From: an uncultured virus (IMG/VR IMGVR_UViG_3300011114_000889) | Taxonomy: Duplodnaviria; Heunggongvirae; Uroviricota; Caudoviricetes | Length of the DNA stretch: 64,000 bases | IMG/VR virus record: IMGVR_UViG_3300011114_000889 | Reading direction: 5' to 3' (one strand) | In this document: one piece after another, positions 38,101 to 48,167 of the stretch | How the letters are laid out: each line of letters opens with the position of its first letter | Position numbering within the stretch: position 1 is the stretch's first letter | Translations under genes and position numbers: made by a program | Notes under the pieces: model-generated | The model's database searches: none | Told to the model about the DNA's origin: nothing | Seen by the model: the letters and a program-made list of their open reading frames with translations, nothing else

Positions 38101-41100
38101 TGACGCAACTGAAACAGATTTTCAAATGGAAGGTCAAGCTGAAGTTCCTTCCGCAGCTCAACGGCAGGAAGCACTCGCCATCCTTGCCGAAAACTTTAAA
38201 CAACCTTTCCGCAATTCTTTGGCCACGGATGCCGAGAAGCTGGCATTTGACGCCGTTGTGGGCGACGTCAAAAACATAGCCTCGGAAGCAGCCAAGATCG
38301 GAACTACGATTGACAACATCAATGCTCTTCAACCCGCTGTCAGAACCAAGTTTATTCAGGGCTTGGAAAACAATTACCGAAATAGCCAGCGAGCCGGGAC
38401 GCTACCGGTCCGAGCAGTTGAGGAACCCGCGGGAGTTGTGCGGGAAGGCAACCTTACCGCTAACCAGATCAAGCCTTACGTTGATCGGTTCCGTCAGCTG
38501 CAAGCTGATAATTTCTTTGATGATGCCGAGTTAGTTGCAGCCAAGACTTTGCTTGGCGAAGTTCAAGCGTCACGTTCGGGCGATCTCCTAAGGTCGTTTA
38601 ATAATTTTATTGAGAGCGTAGCTGCTTCGAAACTAACTCCCGACTCCATTACAGAACTCACTGAAGCCATCGATACCAATCTTCGGCAGTCCACCGAGGA
38701 CGGAACTATTTCTCAGAAACAAGCTGATGCCTATGTCGCCACATTAAACAAACTTGCCGAGCCTTATTTGGCTTCGGAAACTATGCCGGAGGGAGAAGCC
38801 AAGAACAAAATCGCGGCTACCTTCCGGTCAAACCTGCTCCGCGTCAGCGACCAAATCCTGCGCGACAGCGGATTAACCATAAACGAGGAAGGAATCTATG
38901 AACAACCAGAACAACTACCAACCCCAAGACCTGAAGCCAAGACGCCCGCTGATCGACGTGAGGAAGCTCGCGCAAAGCTTGCCGAGCTCGAAGCGAAGCG
39001 CACTACCACCGCAAAGCGAGTTCCTGAAAAAGCCGTTCCCGCGGAGCGGAAAGAAGTGGAACGACCTGTTGAGCGTCCGCCAGCCGGAGTCGGGAGACCT
39101 GGAGTTGAGCGCCCTCGTGGCACCCCAATCCCCAAGTCCTTCGTCGAACCCCGCAACCAGCTAGGCAAATCTTTTAGCGAAAAGATTCTTGCCCCCGCCG
39201 GGCAACAGGTTCTTTCAAATCTATCCAAAGAGCAAGCACAAGATGTAGCCGCGGCTGTCACCACAATCGAGAACTCTAAACACAAAGCGTTCTACTTGGC
39301 CAACGGACCGGGAACTGGAAAGACTCGAGTGCTGCTTGGCGCTGGAGCTTATTACCTCAACAAAGGATTTAAGGTTGTCTATATAACGGCCCCCGATGCC
39401 GTTACACCGAATTGGGACTACGGAGAAATTGGTGGATCTATTCAGAAGGATGCGGCAATTCTTGGCGTTCCGTTGGCGGTTCGTGGTGGCAAGGGCGAGA
39501 ACGGAAAGGGATTGCCGATTGAGTTTGTCCCCGGTCGAATGTTGGTCACCACATACAATTCAGGATATCTCGAAAAACTTTTGCCGTTAATTGATGACAA
39601 GACTGTTGTTCTTTTGGACGAACAACATTCCGGCCGTAACCTATCCAAAGCCATTCAAGGTGGGAAAACTCGGTCGTGGGCAGTGTTGATGGATGACATT
39701 GCTAATAAAGCTGGTCGCACATTGATGGCCTCAGGCACTCCGTTCGAAACTCCGGATCAATTGTTGTCACTTGGTCGGCTTGGAATCTTTGACAATGAAT
39801 CTCCCGAAGCTTTGTTTAGCCGTCTTGGATTCCAAAAATATTCTCTTCGCGGCGGAAAGAAATACTATTGGCAGTTGGCCGAAGGAGTTACCGAGACCGA
39901 AATGCAGGATCGGTTGGAGACTTACCTCGACGGAATGGCGAAGAACGGAATCATGCGTTCTCGTTCGCTCAAACTGGATGGGGTTGACGTAGAGTTTCAA
40001 GATGTTCCTCTCGATAACCAGATCAAGCAACAGCTCGAGGACATCAAGGCCATGTACGGCGGAACGCAGAACGTGGACATTTCGGCTTTGCGTAAAATGG
40101 CCGCAGCCCAAAAACGTGCGCTTGAAGAATACAAAGTTGATGCCGCAGCTAAGAGAGCAGTAGATGCCATCAAACGCGGAAAGAAACCTGTTCTTTATGT
40201 TGGATTCGTTTCGGATGAGAACTCCAAAGGCGAGACAGTTAATCCTACTTCCGCTTCACTCGAAGCCGCAATCGCCAAACTTGATCCGACTCTCAAGATT
40301 GCCAGAATGTACACGGGTTCTGAGCAGACTAAGGAACAAGCGATGGCTTCTTTTAACGAAGGTGACGCAGATGTTCTGATTGCCACCAAGGAAATGGGCG
40401 GAACCGGAATCGAACTGGATGATAAGTTTGGTGACGAGTCCCGAGAGATGATTGTTCTGTCTCCTCCGATCAGCGCGATTCAAGCCGTTCAGCTTATCTA
40501 TCGCGTCTGGCGTGTGGATAGTGCCAGCCGTCCTAACATTGTATTCCTTGAATCGCAGGCTGAGATTGACCAGAACACCATTGGTCGCATGCGAGCCAAG
40601 TTGCGCTTGCTTGACGCTACCGTTGGGGCTGGCTTTGAAGGGCTGAAGGCTGAAGAGCCTACAACTAAACCAGTTGAAACAAGACGAACCGAAAAAACTT
40701 ATTTAGAATCTTTACCTATTCCAGATTCTTACTGGAACTTGGCACCAGCCTCAAAGGAACGGGAAGATATTGTAACGATGTATGACGTTGCATTTGATTT
40801 AATGTTCGAAATAAACGATCCGGCTGGGCGCACTAACGAGGAAATTGTAGAAGTTAAAAATTGGTTGAAGAAAAATATCCCTGGGTATTATGAGCATCAC
40901 AGCAGAAGCCAGAAGCCGGAAAATGTTGCAAAAGCAGGCGAGTATTTAAATAGAGTTTACAGGACGGTGAGGCCACAAATGAAACCTACCGAAGTTGTTG
41001 CTCCCGTGAAGTCAACGGTCGAGGCCACACCCGAACAAGTTTCTTCTACAGAAGAGATTCTAAAATCAGCTCTCGGTAAGGATTACAACAATAATGTAAT

Positions 41101-44100
41101 CACATTCCGCGATGCCAAGGGTCAGTCCCACAACTACAACATAAAGATTGATCCAAACTTCACTCATTCAATGGCTGTTGTTGTCGGATCAGATAATGAT
41201 TCTGATACTATCGTAATCAATCCAACACTTCTAGAAAAAGGAAGGAATGCACTTGCTCCCGATGCTTATAAGTCCTACATAACCCAAGCATTGCTAGAAG
41301 AAACTATCCACATGGAGACGCTCCGGTATTACCGCGAGCTTGGTCTTGATCCTATTGAAGAACTCACCGCGATAGGTGACTCGCTGTCGCAAGCATCCAA
41401 ACTAGCAATTGGGAGACTTTACTACTCTTCCTTGGGATCCGATATCACCAACCCCAGCGTACAAGCACAAATCAAAGCTCTGTCGAATAACTCTTATCTT
41501 GTAGCCATGGAGGGAATCCGTCAGCTATCCCAGTTGAAATTAACAGGTGGTATTACAGAGCAAGTTAGCTCTATTAATGCAAACGACATTGCTCGGGCGA
41601 CTCAACGTCTCAAGGATATTTTAAAATCGGAGAATAAATCTGTTCTTGCGAGACTTGGCGTGTGGTTTGACAGCATGGCTACAGTGGTCAAGCGTGGATT
41701 AGGATTGGCCCCGAACGCAAAGGATCGATTGGTAATGCGTCAAAGCATCGAAGATGCCATCTCCAATCTTCGTAAGACTTCTAAGTATTTTACGGAAGCT
41801 TCAGCACCAGGGCCGGTTCCAGCGCCCGAACCCGGTCGTTCCCCGACGTCGCCACGGCCAGCCAACAAGTTTGACTCCTACGATCTTCGAGTCTATCGAA
41901 TGATTGAGAACCATCTCGAAGGCAGAACCGACGGAGTGTTTGGAGTCACTGCGGCTGACGATCTATTTAAGACGGTTGACGTAAACGATTGGCTCGATGG
42001 TTTAGATGTCGCCGCTCGTCGCGGAATGATTACGAATCAAGAACGTAACTTGTTCCGTGCCGCGACTAAATCCGTAATGGATGGTGGTCGAGCAAGCCTC
42101 CCTGGAATCGCCAACAAAGCCCTTGAGATTGCGGAAGGTATGGAAGAGTCGGGTGAGTCGTTGCCGGTTGCAGCATTTGTAGCCACAACTGAGCCAGTCA
42201 ATCTGACTGAACCCTCTGAGTACGGCAAGTACAACGTAAAGATTGGATTCTATCCATCTTATCCTACAACGGCTAAGACTGCTGCTGGAGCCGTGGCCAA
42301 TACGGTTGCAAAGATGTTTGAGGATCGTAACGAGATTATTTTTGACGGCAGGAATTATACTTATAAAAATCGTGGCGCTTTGATAGCGGCTATTGGTAAA
42401 GCTGGATACGATAACTATGCTCGTCGGTTAACCCCAGCTCCTGAAGCTTTAGTTCCTGCTCCAGATATTGTCAACATGGAGAAACGGGGAGAGCTTGCAT
42501 TTCATGGAACACGGGCAAATGAGATTCCTTCCTTGCTACAGGGAGTAAAAGCGAATACTAATTTCAGTCCTAATTTTGGTGGTCAAGCATTTGGGGCTGA
42601 TGTGGTTCTTGTTTACCCAAAGAATAAAATGTCTTTTGCTACAAAAACTTATCAGAATGATTTGATTTTATCGCAAGAAAGTAATGCTCAACCAATAGCC
42701 GCTATGATTGATAGTGGGAATTTTATCGAAACTGAAGCTAGACGTTCAGATGTGCAGGTAATGGAAGACATTACGAATCTTCCGGAAGATCAACAAAATA
42801 TAGCCATGGAGTTGAGTGCAGCTATCGATACTGGAGATAGAAAGAAAGCTTCGCAAATTAAGAATGACCTCAAGGGTAATCCGATTGGAGTACAGAGACA
42901 AATTGAAAAAATGCGGCTCAAACAGTTTAACGGCAAATATTATTTACCTAGCGGTGAACTTCTTACAACACCTTTACCCAAAGCTCAACCAAAACCAAAT
43001 GCAGATACCATAATTAAATTGGCTAATGAATTAGTTGGGGCTCCGCAGGAAGCCACTCAAGCTGTTACAGCAGCCCAGGCAATAGCGAATGTTGTTAATG
43101 CGATCCCCCAAAACATTCCTGTGTTTTCATATCAATTTTCTGACGCAGGAGATAGAATAACAAATGTACGAAATATTCGCTCACCTCAACCTCGGCTAGC
43201 CCCAGCCCCCGAGATTCGTGAAAGCCAAGCCGTAAAAAATATTATAACTAAATTTGCCGATTCACTTCCAGAAGGAAAGAGAAAAGATCAGTTACTCGAC
43301 GCTTGGTATTATATGTCTGTCCCTCGCGAACAGCAGTTTGAGGATGCTCGTCAGTACATCGGCACTTACGGATTTGATAATACCCTTAATGCTTTCTTGG
43401 GCGGGAATATTAAATCCTCGCTTCCTTTGCAGGGCGCAATTGGATTTGAGTTGGCTAAGGGTCTCGGTGAGAAAGCCAAGACTGATAGGTTCGCCCGCGA
43501 ACAGCTGGCCGAAGTAATGCTTCTGTTAAGCAAAAAGTACGGAACCGAACCAGGACGTACCGTTGATTTGTGGAACGCACTTGGCGAACTGTCCACCAAT
43601 CCAGAGGCTATGAAGATGTATGTTGGCAAACAAATTGACAGCGCAATCAAAGATCGTCTTGTAGCTTACAAGCCGGAAGAAAATGAAATTGCATCTGGTC
43701 TAGTTGATGCTGGTCGTAGAGCCGCTGAAAAAATTACTACCAGCAAAAAGATGCAGAAGACTTTGGATCAACTCGGCAAGCTGGTCGACCTAAATAAAAA
43801 AGGTGGAACTGTTTCCCAAATTCAAGCCGTACTTGCTGACTATCTTGCCAGTGAAGACGCTAACAAGGACGGCGCAGAATTCTTAGGAGCCGACCTTACG
43901 GCTGCACCCGAAGTTGGTGGGGGCGAAGCAGATGATATCCGCCTCGATCCTAAGCAGACTCGGGCATTGGGACGTATTATTCTTGAGCTTATTCAGCGTT
44001 CCGAAAACCCCCGCGAGACCGCCGCTTCTGCTGATGAGATCAAACGATTGGTAATGTTGGTTCCGGCTTTGCGTGATGCTAAAAATCAAGACAACGTTAG

Positions 44101-47100
44101 GCGTAAAATCGAACTTTATTTTGACGCTTCCCTCACATACGCCCTTGAATCCTATGGAGCTAGAGCGTTACGAGCAGCTCGAGCCAGGGAAACTGGCATA
44201 GAGGAAGAAGTAGTTGCTCCTCCCGCGACACGAGGAGAAGCAATTGAAAGAGCGGCTCGTGCAAAGGCAAGGGCAGCTCAAGAAGCTCCGGTAGTGATCC
44301 CATCGGATGCTCCCTCCAAACTGGCCGAGCTGGCCGAGGCATCCGCAGATGCACTTCAGAAACAAGCTTCTCGCCTGCAACAAGAACCCAAGGTTAAGGA
44401 TGCGTTAGAAGAATTTGCAGCTCGTATTCGCAGATTGATTGCTCAACGCACTAAGGAAATGGGCGGGTTACAACCCGCGTTTGAGCCAGAACCTAAGCCG
44501 ACAGAAGCCGAAGTTTTAAAGGATCGTATTGCTAAGTATCCTGACGTTCAAGAGTTCATCAGCAACGTTCGTGATTCGCTTCGCAACAACTACAAGGAAG
44601 AAGATTTGATTGGGCTTGAGCCTTTCATTGAAGAAGCTTTTGGCCGACCCTTTGCCGTGTCCAGCTTGAAGCAAGCCGTCCGTTCGTTGGAATCTATCGG
44701 AGGCCCGCAGACAAATATCCGTAGCCTCATTCGTTCTAGCCGTGGCGATATCATGGACTTTGAAAATAAGATGGGAGCTTTGCTTACCCAGAATACCAAT
44801 CTTGACGAAGCTCAAAAGAAAGAAGTTCTCGACTTCCTTCGCGACGGCATGACTGAACTTATTGCTGAAGAGAGGAAGAAGGAACTCGAAAATATAAAGA
44901 AAAAATTTGAGAAGAAGAAAGAACGTAAGACCCGCAAGATGCGTTCGGCTCTAGATAAACTTATCGAGGCAACAAACCTTGGCGTGTTGACCGACAGCGA
45001 AGTGTTTATGCAGATGCGCTCGCAGCTTGGTTTACCCGAGCTGACCGAAGCCGAGCGCAACAAGCTTAACAAAATGATCGAAAATCTTCCACTGTATCCA
45101 GTAGGAATGATCCGCAACAGAAAAATTTCTGAGATGTATCAGTACATCAAACTAGTATCCCCGCAAGTATGGGGAGAGTTGCTGGTCAATTATCAAACGT
45201 CCAACTTGCTAGCCGGTGTTGGAACTATTGGGATCAATGCTTGGTCAGCCACCGCAAGCAATCAATTAAACGCAGCGATCCTTGGAAGCGTGGGATTTGT
45301 AAAGGGAATGGTTGGGGATAAGGCCAGAGCTAAAGCCTACATCGATGCGGCTAGAGCCTTGAACTCGGCAATTCTAATTGGAGAAAAGCCCGCCCTCAAG
45401 GCGGCTGCTAATATCTTTTTCAAGGGAGATTACTCTTCGGTTCAAGATGCTCTAACTCAGGAACTCGGTGGCGTAAACATTTGGGAGGCTATCGTATCTC
45501 AGGCTGAAGCTTATCGGGCAAAGAAACCTGGAGCTGTAAAACCTGAGTTGCCAGTCAATATCCTTGGCGAAGAATACCGTATCCCGCTAGATTCCAAATT
45601 CATCAGCAGTAAGTACGGAGCTTTGGCTCCCTTCATTTTCTTTGGTCGTTCCATGGCAGCTGGTGATGCCATAAATAAAATTTCTTCCAAGAAGATGTAT
45701 GAAATTGCAGAGGCAACAAATATTGCTATTGAAAAAGGATTAAAGAGTCAGGAAGAGATTGAGCTAGAAGTTGCTCGGTTGTTGAACCAATCTCCTGAGG
45801 CTCGCATTAGGGCGGAAGCTAAGGCAGCAGCTGAAGCTAAAGAATTTAATCTCACGCCCGATCAGGAATCCTTGAGAGTCGAAGAAATTCTGGAACAAGG
45901 GAGACCTGACGAAGAAGAGGTAAAGAACCTAGCGGAAAAAGCTAAGACGTTTGCAGCTCAATCTACTTATACAAATAACTTTGAAGGTTGGTTCGGTCTG
46001 CTTGCCGATGGCCTCACAGCGATGTCCTCTAAGGCTTGGCCTTTGCGGTTAGTCATTAAGTTCTTGAAGACTGGATCTAGTTTGGCCAACGAAGTTCTTA
46101 ACTTTATGCCAGTAACTTCCACTGTTCGGTTGTACCGTGGATCAGCAGCTATGCTGAAGGACACTAAATACTATCGTCCTCCAGCCGTTCCCGGAACGGT
46201 AGAACATGATCTTCTCGTAGGAAAGATGACGCTTGGATACATCCTTACCGCAGCTTTAATCTACGGCCTCAAGGAGGCTATGAGTGGCGAGGACGATCCT
46301 TACTTCATGATTCACTTCAAAGGACCTAACGATCCAGCCCAGCGTGAAGCTTTCTTTGCTGCCGGTGGAAAGCTTCGCTCTCTCCAAGTGGGAAGATTCA
46401 AAGATGGATCACCTCAGTTCTTCAGCTTTGAAGGTTTCCCCGTCGGCATTTCTGGGCCTCTGATTCTGGCAGGAGCAATCGCAGAATCAGTGCGCTACGA
46501 CAAACGTTCCAAGTCAGAAGCTATCATCAACGGCGCGATTACCGGTGGAGCATTGGCGATGTACGGAATTATGGATATGGCCGCTCTCTCCGGTATACGA
46601 CAGATCATGTCGCTCACATCACCTGGACCTGGAACAAAAGATGCCAAGGGAATCATGACCAACTTGACCAAGACATTTGGTAATGTGGTCGGCGGTCTTA
46701 TCCCAGGTTACGCCACGTTACGTGACGTTGAGCAGGTATGGAACGGATTTACCGGAGCTCCAAGCGCCAGACCGTATCAAAATAATTTCCTATCAACTTT
46801 TGCTTTATCAATTCCCTTTGCTTCAAAGGTAGGACAGCCCGACCTAGATTTCCTTGGTGGTAATGTAAGAACGCAGCTAGCGAATACCGTTCCGTTTGTC
46901 CGCCGACTCACCACTTCGGGGGTTGATTCGGTTAGTTATGACGAAGGCAAGCGGACTCCCCAAGCTATCCACGACAAGCTGATATCTATGTTTGCTAGCA
47001 ATCGATTCTCGCTTAGCTGGGATGCGGGTACTCTTAAAGACTTTGCCATGCAGGAGTTGATCGCCCAGAAGGAAGCCAATAAAGAACCCATTACTTATGA

Positions 47101-47338
47101 CGATTTCTACCAGTTAAAACGCGAGCTTACGACCGACGAGAAGTACGAATGGATGCAACGTGCTGGTCCGATTATTCAGGAGCAGCTTGGAGCTAGGATT
47201 CCCCAGCTAGAAAAGATGAGCCGAGCAGAGTTTATGACCATCGTACCGATGATTGTGAACCCGATTAAGAAAGCTATTCTGTACCAAGTCTTGCTTGAAA
47301 AAAATCAAGAGGGTATCTTGTTTCCAGAAAGAAAGTAA
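35138..47338 (+). CDS. Giant polyvalent internal virion protein (4066 aa) with strawberry-notch/DarB-like SF2 helicase
   Basis: NGPGTGKTR, TTY, LLDEQH, ASGTP, GGTGIELDD and Q.IYRVWR at about 39240-40640. Also EExxH zincin-like, FHGT ART-like and sigma-like segments. C-terminus resembles large polyvalent/ejection proteins. Confidence 0.85.
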   Translation: MADPLSPLNAGLPDSLDSIVGDILGQPPTQQQDELDSILSQPSPALAQASQLMELRDNPKANDLLLGTATRFKEGKLPFNTQSWQDAQKNVNDYVKSTSQATLDAEKNNDWLGLTKIAVGGVGKVIGSYLQSGLGITNEDAKAMQESLASRNYIGTIKDSTQAAKALELGTLYSDELTAGKSIAPKDQAPAMEFGRGAWNTPKVGMNLARAQEYYKDLQSDKTKKLGTAGLRNFAIQSGDAFIPFVSVGDIIVDENDPDQVARRAALTNGINDVIQKDYMPSTLAGLATGSLGQFMSVGAGWTKLLGRSAEIAGQTIKVPTTLSKGATYAVVGASQSLDQDPRNLSVGQRLASIVSEAGVLALSEEAGNRLEDVADHALANHMVAKALQTKLPMFAPVVQGTAKLIGTTLGETSSDVIDAIARGQDPIAQIPESLAASGGIGLGMVLAEGFVGRRARLNQMANDKFADTLRQAVTGIKSDPKIPEDQKMQQIVELRESLNSPQAQALFDAVNVRASLDPRTAPETTAVADEAINNAKQGAIESMLSSKVAEAQAQVQPIQMGVPPTAETRAPESEEESLGALNELVNEFQKGVTSIDLSSTPANQAKIDWLESQGRVYGKLSEDGSRYQVLGVKDAEGNWIGKEDPAEIMQDEKDAILQEIENKPGITQAQIDEISDLLDTAGSMPEIEAIASKHLGPSQIQTALETRLAQQQELVAEERPAEFRAKKIADQITALQTKIRQSPLEETPALEEQLAKLQAMQGQGELERGARGEQSVASLIGQFERETNAGIKSGAISPEPEARPDVILAINNPEQASYQKFQKLAPDPRENDVNALGDVFNLKNPSTVELLQSLGAIDENGRNTMTPAETLMAYIKRKNTYLQSKSLAGYQKYNIADEVSNGTINSFLYELRQGKSNLSLSTIFNSRLRDFIRQAVPRMRAGVGIGAAVSMETPGLRTQAVDAETLAEEQGLNPAVAGAINETLDQIDATETDFQMEGQAEVPSAAQRQEALAILAENFKQPFRNSLATDAEKLAFDAVVGDVKNIASEAAKIGTTIDNINALQPAVRTKFIQGLENNYRNSQRAGTLPVRAVEEPAGVVREGNLTANQIKPYVDRFRQLQADNFFDDAELVAAKTLLGEVQASRSGDLLRSFNNFIESVAASKLTPDSITELTEAIDTNLRQSTEDGTISQKQADAYVATLNKLAEPYLASETMPEGEAKNKIAATFRSNLLRVSDQILRDSGLTINEEGIYEQPEQLPTPRPEAKTPADRREEARAKLAELEAKRTTTAKRVPEKAVPAERKEVERPVERPPAGVGRPGVERPRGTPIPKSFVEPRNQLGKSFSEKILAPAGQQVLSNLSKEQAQDVAAAVTTIENSKHKAFYLANGPGTGKTRVLLGAGAYYLNKGFKVVYITAPDAVTPNWDYGEIGGSIQKDAAILGVPLAVRGGKGENGKGLPIEFVPGRMLVTTYNSGYLEKLLPLIDDKTVVLLDEQHSGRNLSKAIQGGKTRSWAVLMDDIANKAGRTLMASGTPFETPDQLLSLGRLGIFDNESPEALFSRLGFQKYSLRGGKKYYWQLAEGVTETEMQDRLETYLDGMAKNGIMRSRSLKLDGVDVEFQDVPLDNQIKQQLEDIKAMYGGTQNVDISALRKMAAAQKRALEEYKVDAAAKRAVDAIKRGKKPVLYVGFVSDENSKGETVNPTSASLEAAIAKLDPTLKIARMYTGSEQTKEQAMASFNEGDADVLIATKEMGGTGIELDDKFGDESREMIVLSPPISAIQAVQLIYRVWRVDSASRPNIVFLESQAEIDQNTIGRMRAKLRLLDATVGAGFEGLKAEEPTTKPVETRRTEKTYLESLPIPDSYWNLAPASKEREDIVTMYDVAFDLMFEINDPAGRTNEEIVEVKNWLKKNIPGYYEHHSRSQKPENVAKAGEYLNRVYRTVRPQMKPTEVVAPVKSTVEATPEQVSSTEEILKSALGKDYNNNVITFRDAKGQSHNYNIKIDPNFTHSMAVVVGSDNDSDTIVINPTLLEKGRNALAPDAYKSYITQALLEETIHMETLRYYRELGLDPIEELTAIGDSLSQASKLAIGRLYYSSLGSDITNPSVQAQIKALSNNSYLVAMEGIRQLSQLKLTGGITEQVSSINANDIARATQRLKDILKSENKSVLARLGVWFDSMATVVKRGLGLAPNAKDRLVMRQSIEDAISNLRKTSKYFTEASAPGPVPAPEPGRSPTSPRPANKFDSYDLRVYRMIENHLEGRTDGVFGVTAADDLFKTVDVNDWLDGLDVAARRGMITNQERNLFRAATKSVMDGGRASLPGIANKALEIAEGMEESGESLPVAAFVATTEPVNLTEPSEYGKYNVKIGFYPSYPTTAKTAAGAVANTVAKMFEDRNEIIFDGRNYTYKNRGALIAAIGKAGYDNYARRLTPAPEALVPAPDIVNMEKRGELAFHGTRANEIPSLLQGVKANTNFSPNFGGQAFGADVVLVYPKNKMSFATKTYQNDLILSQESNAQPIAAMIDSGNFIETEARRSDVQVMEDITNLPEDQQNIAMELSAAIDTGDRKKASQIKNDLKGNPIGVQRQIEKMRLKQFNGKYYLPSGELLTTPLPKAQPKPNADTIIKLANELVGAPQEATQAVTAAQAIANVVNAIPQNIPVFSYQFSDAGDRITNVRNIRSPQPRLAPAPEIRESQAVKNIITKFADSLPEGKRKDQLLDAWYYMSVPREQQFEDARQYIGTYGFDNTLNAFLGGNIKSSLPLQGAIGFELAKGLGEKAKTDRFAREQLAEVMLLLSKKYGTEPGRTVDLWNALGELSTNPEAMKMYVGKQIDSAIKDRLVAYKPEENEIASGLVDAGRRAAEKITTSKKMQKTLDQLGKLVDLNKKGGTVSQIQAVLADYLASEDANKDGAEFLGADLTAAPEVGGGEADDIRLDPKQTRALGRIILELIQRSENPRETAASADEIKRLVMLVPALRDAKNQDNVRRKIELYFDASLTYALESYGARALRAARARETGIEEEVVAPPATRGEAIERAARAKARAAQEAPVVIPSDAPSKLAELAEASADALQKQASRLQQEPKVKDALEEFAARIRRLIAQRTKEMGGLQPAFEPEPKPTEAEVLKDRIAKYPDVQEFISNVRDSLRNNYKEEDLIGLEPFIEEAFGRPFAVSSLKQAVRSLESIGGPQTNIRSLIRSSRGDIMDFENKMGALLTQNTNLDEAQKKEVLDFLRDGMTELIAEERKKELENIKKKFEKKKERKTRKMRSALDKLIEATNLGVLTDSEVFMQMRSQLGLPELTEAERNKLNKMIENLPLYPVGMIRNRKISEMYQYIKLVSPQVWGELLVNYQTSNLLAGVGTIGINAWSATASNQLNAAILGSVGFVKGMVGDKARAKAYIDAARALNSAILIGEKPALKAAANIFFKGDYSSVQDALTQELGGVNIWEAIVSQAEAYRAKKPGAVKPELPVNILGEEYRIPLDSKFISSKYGALAPFIFFGRSMAAGDAINKISSKKMYEIAEATNIAIEKGLKSQEEIELEVARLLNQSPEARIRAEAKAAAEAKEFNLTPDQESLRVEEILEQGRPDEEEVKNLAEKAKTFAAQSTYTNNFEGWFGLLADGLTAMSSKAWPLRLVIKFLKTGSSLANEVLNFMPVTSTVRLYRGSAAMLKDTKYYRPPAVPGTVEHDLLVGKMTLGYILTAALIYGLKEAMSGEDDPYFMIHFKGPNDPAQREAFFAAGGKLRSLQVGRFKDGSPQFFSFEGFPVGISGPLILAGAIAESVRYDKRSKSEAIINGAITGGALAMYGIMDMAALSGIRQIMSLTSPGPGTKDAKGIMTNLTKTFGNVVGGLIPGYATLRDVEQVWNGFTGAPSARPYQNNFLSTFALSIPFASKVGQPDLDFLGGNVRTQLANTVPFVRRLTTSGVDSVSYDEGKRTPQAIHDKLISMFASNRFSLSWDAGTLKDFAMQELIAQKEANKEPITYDDFYQLKRELTTDEKYEWMQRAGPIIQEQLGARIPQLEKMSRAEFMTIVPMIVNPIKKAILYQVLLEKNQEGILFPERK

Positions 47339-47351
47339 TTAGAATAAACCC

Positions 47352-47900
47352 ATGGCAGACGAAACCCAAGATTGGAGACAGCAGCTAGGCCCTCAGGCCG
47401 AGAAGAAAATTGCTTATGTTAAGAAGATGTTTTCTCCGGCCATGAAAGCAGCTACAGATTTGGGCATTGATCCCTCATGGGTTTTGGCGCAGACAGCTTT
47501 AGAGTCGGGGTACGGCGAGTCAGAGCTTGCTAAAAAATATGGTAATCTGGGTGGAGTTAAAGCCAAGGCGGGAGAAACTCAGGTAAAGATGGCTACAACT
47601 GAGGGAGAGAATAACGCACCTGCCATCGAACCTTTCAAGACTTATGAAAATCCCAACCAGTTCTTTGAAGACTGGACAAAAAAACTTAAAATGCCTAGAT
47701 ACAGTGGAGCTTTGTCTGCAACCAACGTAGCTGGATATGCGACGGGTTTAAAACGGGGTGGGTACTTTACCGGTGGTCTTCAACCTTATACCACTAACCT
47801 GCAAAGGATCTCAAAGGACATGGATATGATCCTCAAGAAAGTACCGATCCTAGATTCAGACGTCATTGATTCGAGGATGGGCCAAACCGGAGAACGATAG
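47352..47900 (+). CDS. FlgJ-like peptidoglycan hydrolase (GH73)
   Basis: LAQTALESGYG, NLGGVKA, F.TY, GYFT. Confidence 0.9.
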   Translation: MADETQDWRQQLGPQAEKKIAYVKKMFSPAMKAATDLGIDPSWVLAQTALESGYGESELAKKYGNLGGVKAKAGETQVKMATTEGENNAPAIEPFKTYENPNQFFEDWTKKLKMPRYSGALSATNVAGYATGLKRGGYFTGGLQPYTTNLQRISKDMDMILKKVPILDSDVIDSRMGQTGER

Positions 47901-48166
47901 TGCCTTTAGGTAAATCCAGCAAAGCTGATATGCCTTGTAATCAGCCACGTAAGTCGTGGAGACCGGGCAAGAAAAAAGTAGTCAAGGCTTGTTCTGGCGG
48001 GCAGGAAAAGCTAATTCACTTTGGGGATAGCTCCATGAAAGATTTCACTCAGCATCATAGCGCAAAAAGACGAAAGAGTTATTGCGCTAGAAGTGGTGGT
48101 ATTAAAGGAGGGGACGGTAAACTGTCAGCTAATTACTGGGCTCGAAAAGTTCTTTGGAGCTGTTGA
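47900..48166 (+). CDS. Small basic Cys-containing protein
   Basis: KKKVVKAC..G.EKLIHFGD..M...RRKSYCAR...SANYWA. Starts MPLGK. Confidence 0.75.
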   Translation: MPLGKSSKADMPCNQPRKSWRPGKKKVVKACSGGQEKLIHFGDSSMKDFTQHHSAKRRKSYCARSGGIKGGDGKLSANYWARKVLWSC

Positions 48167-48167
48167 T

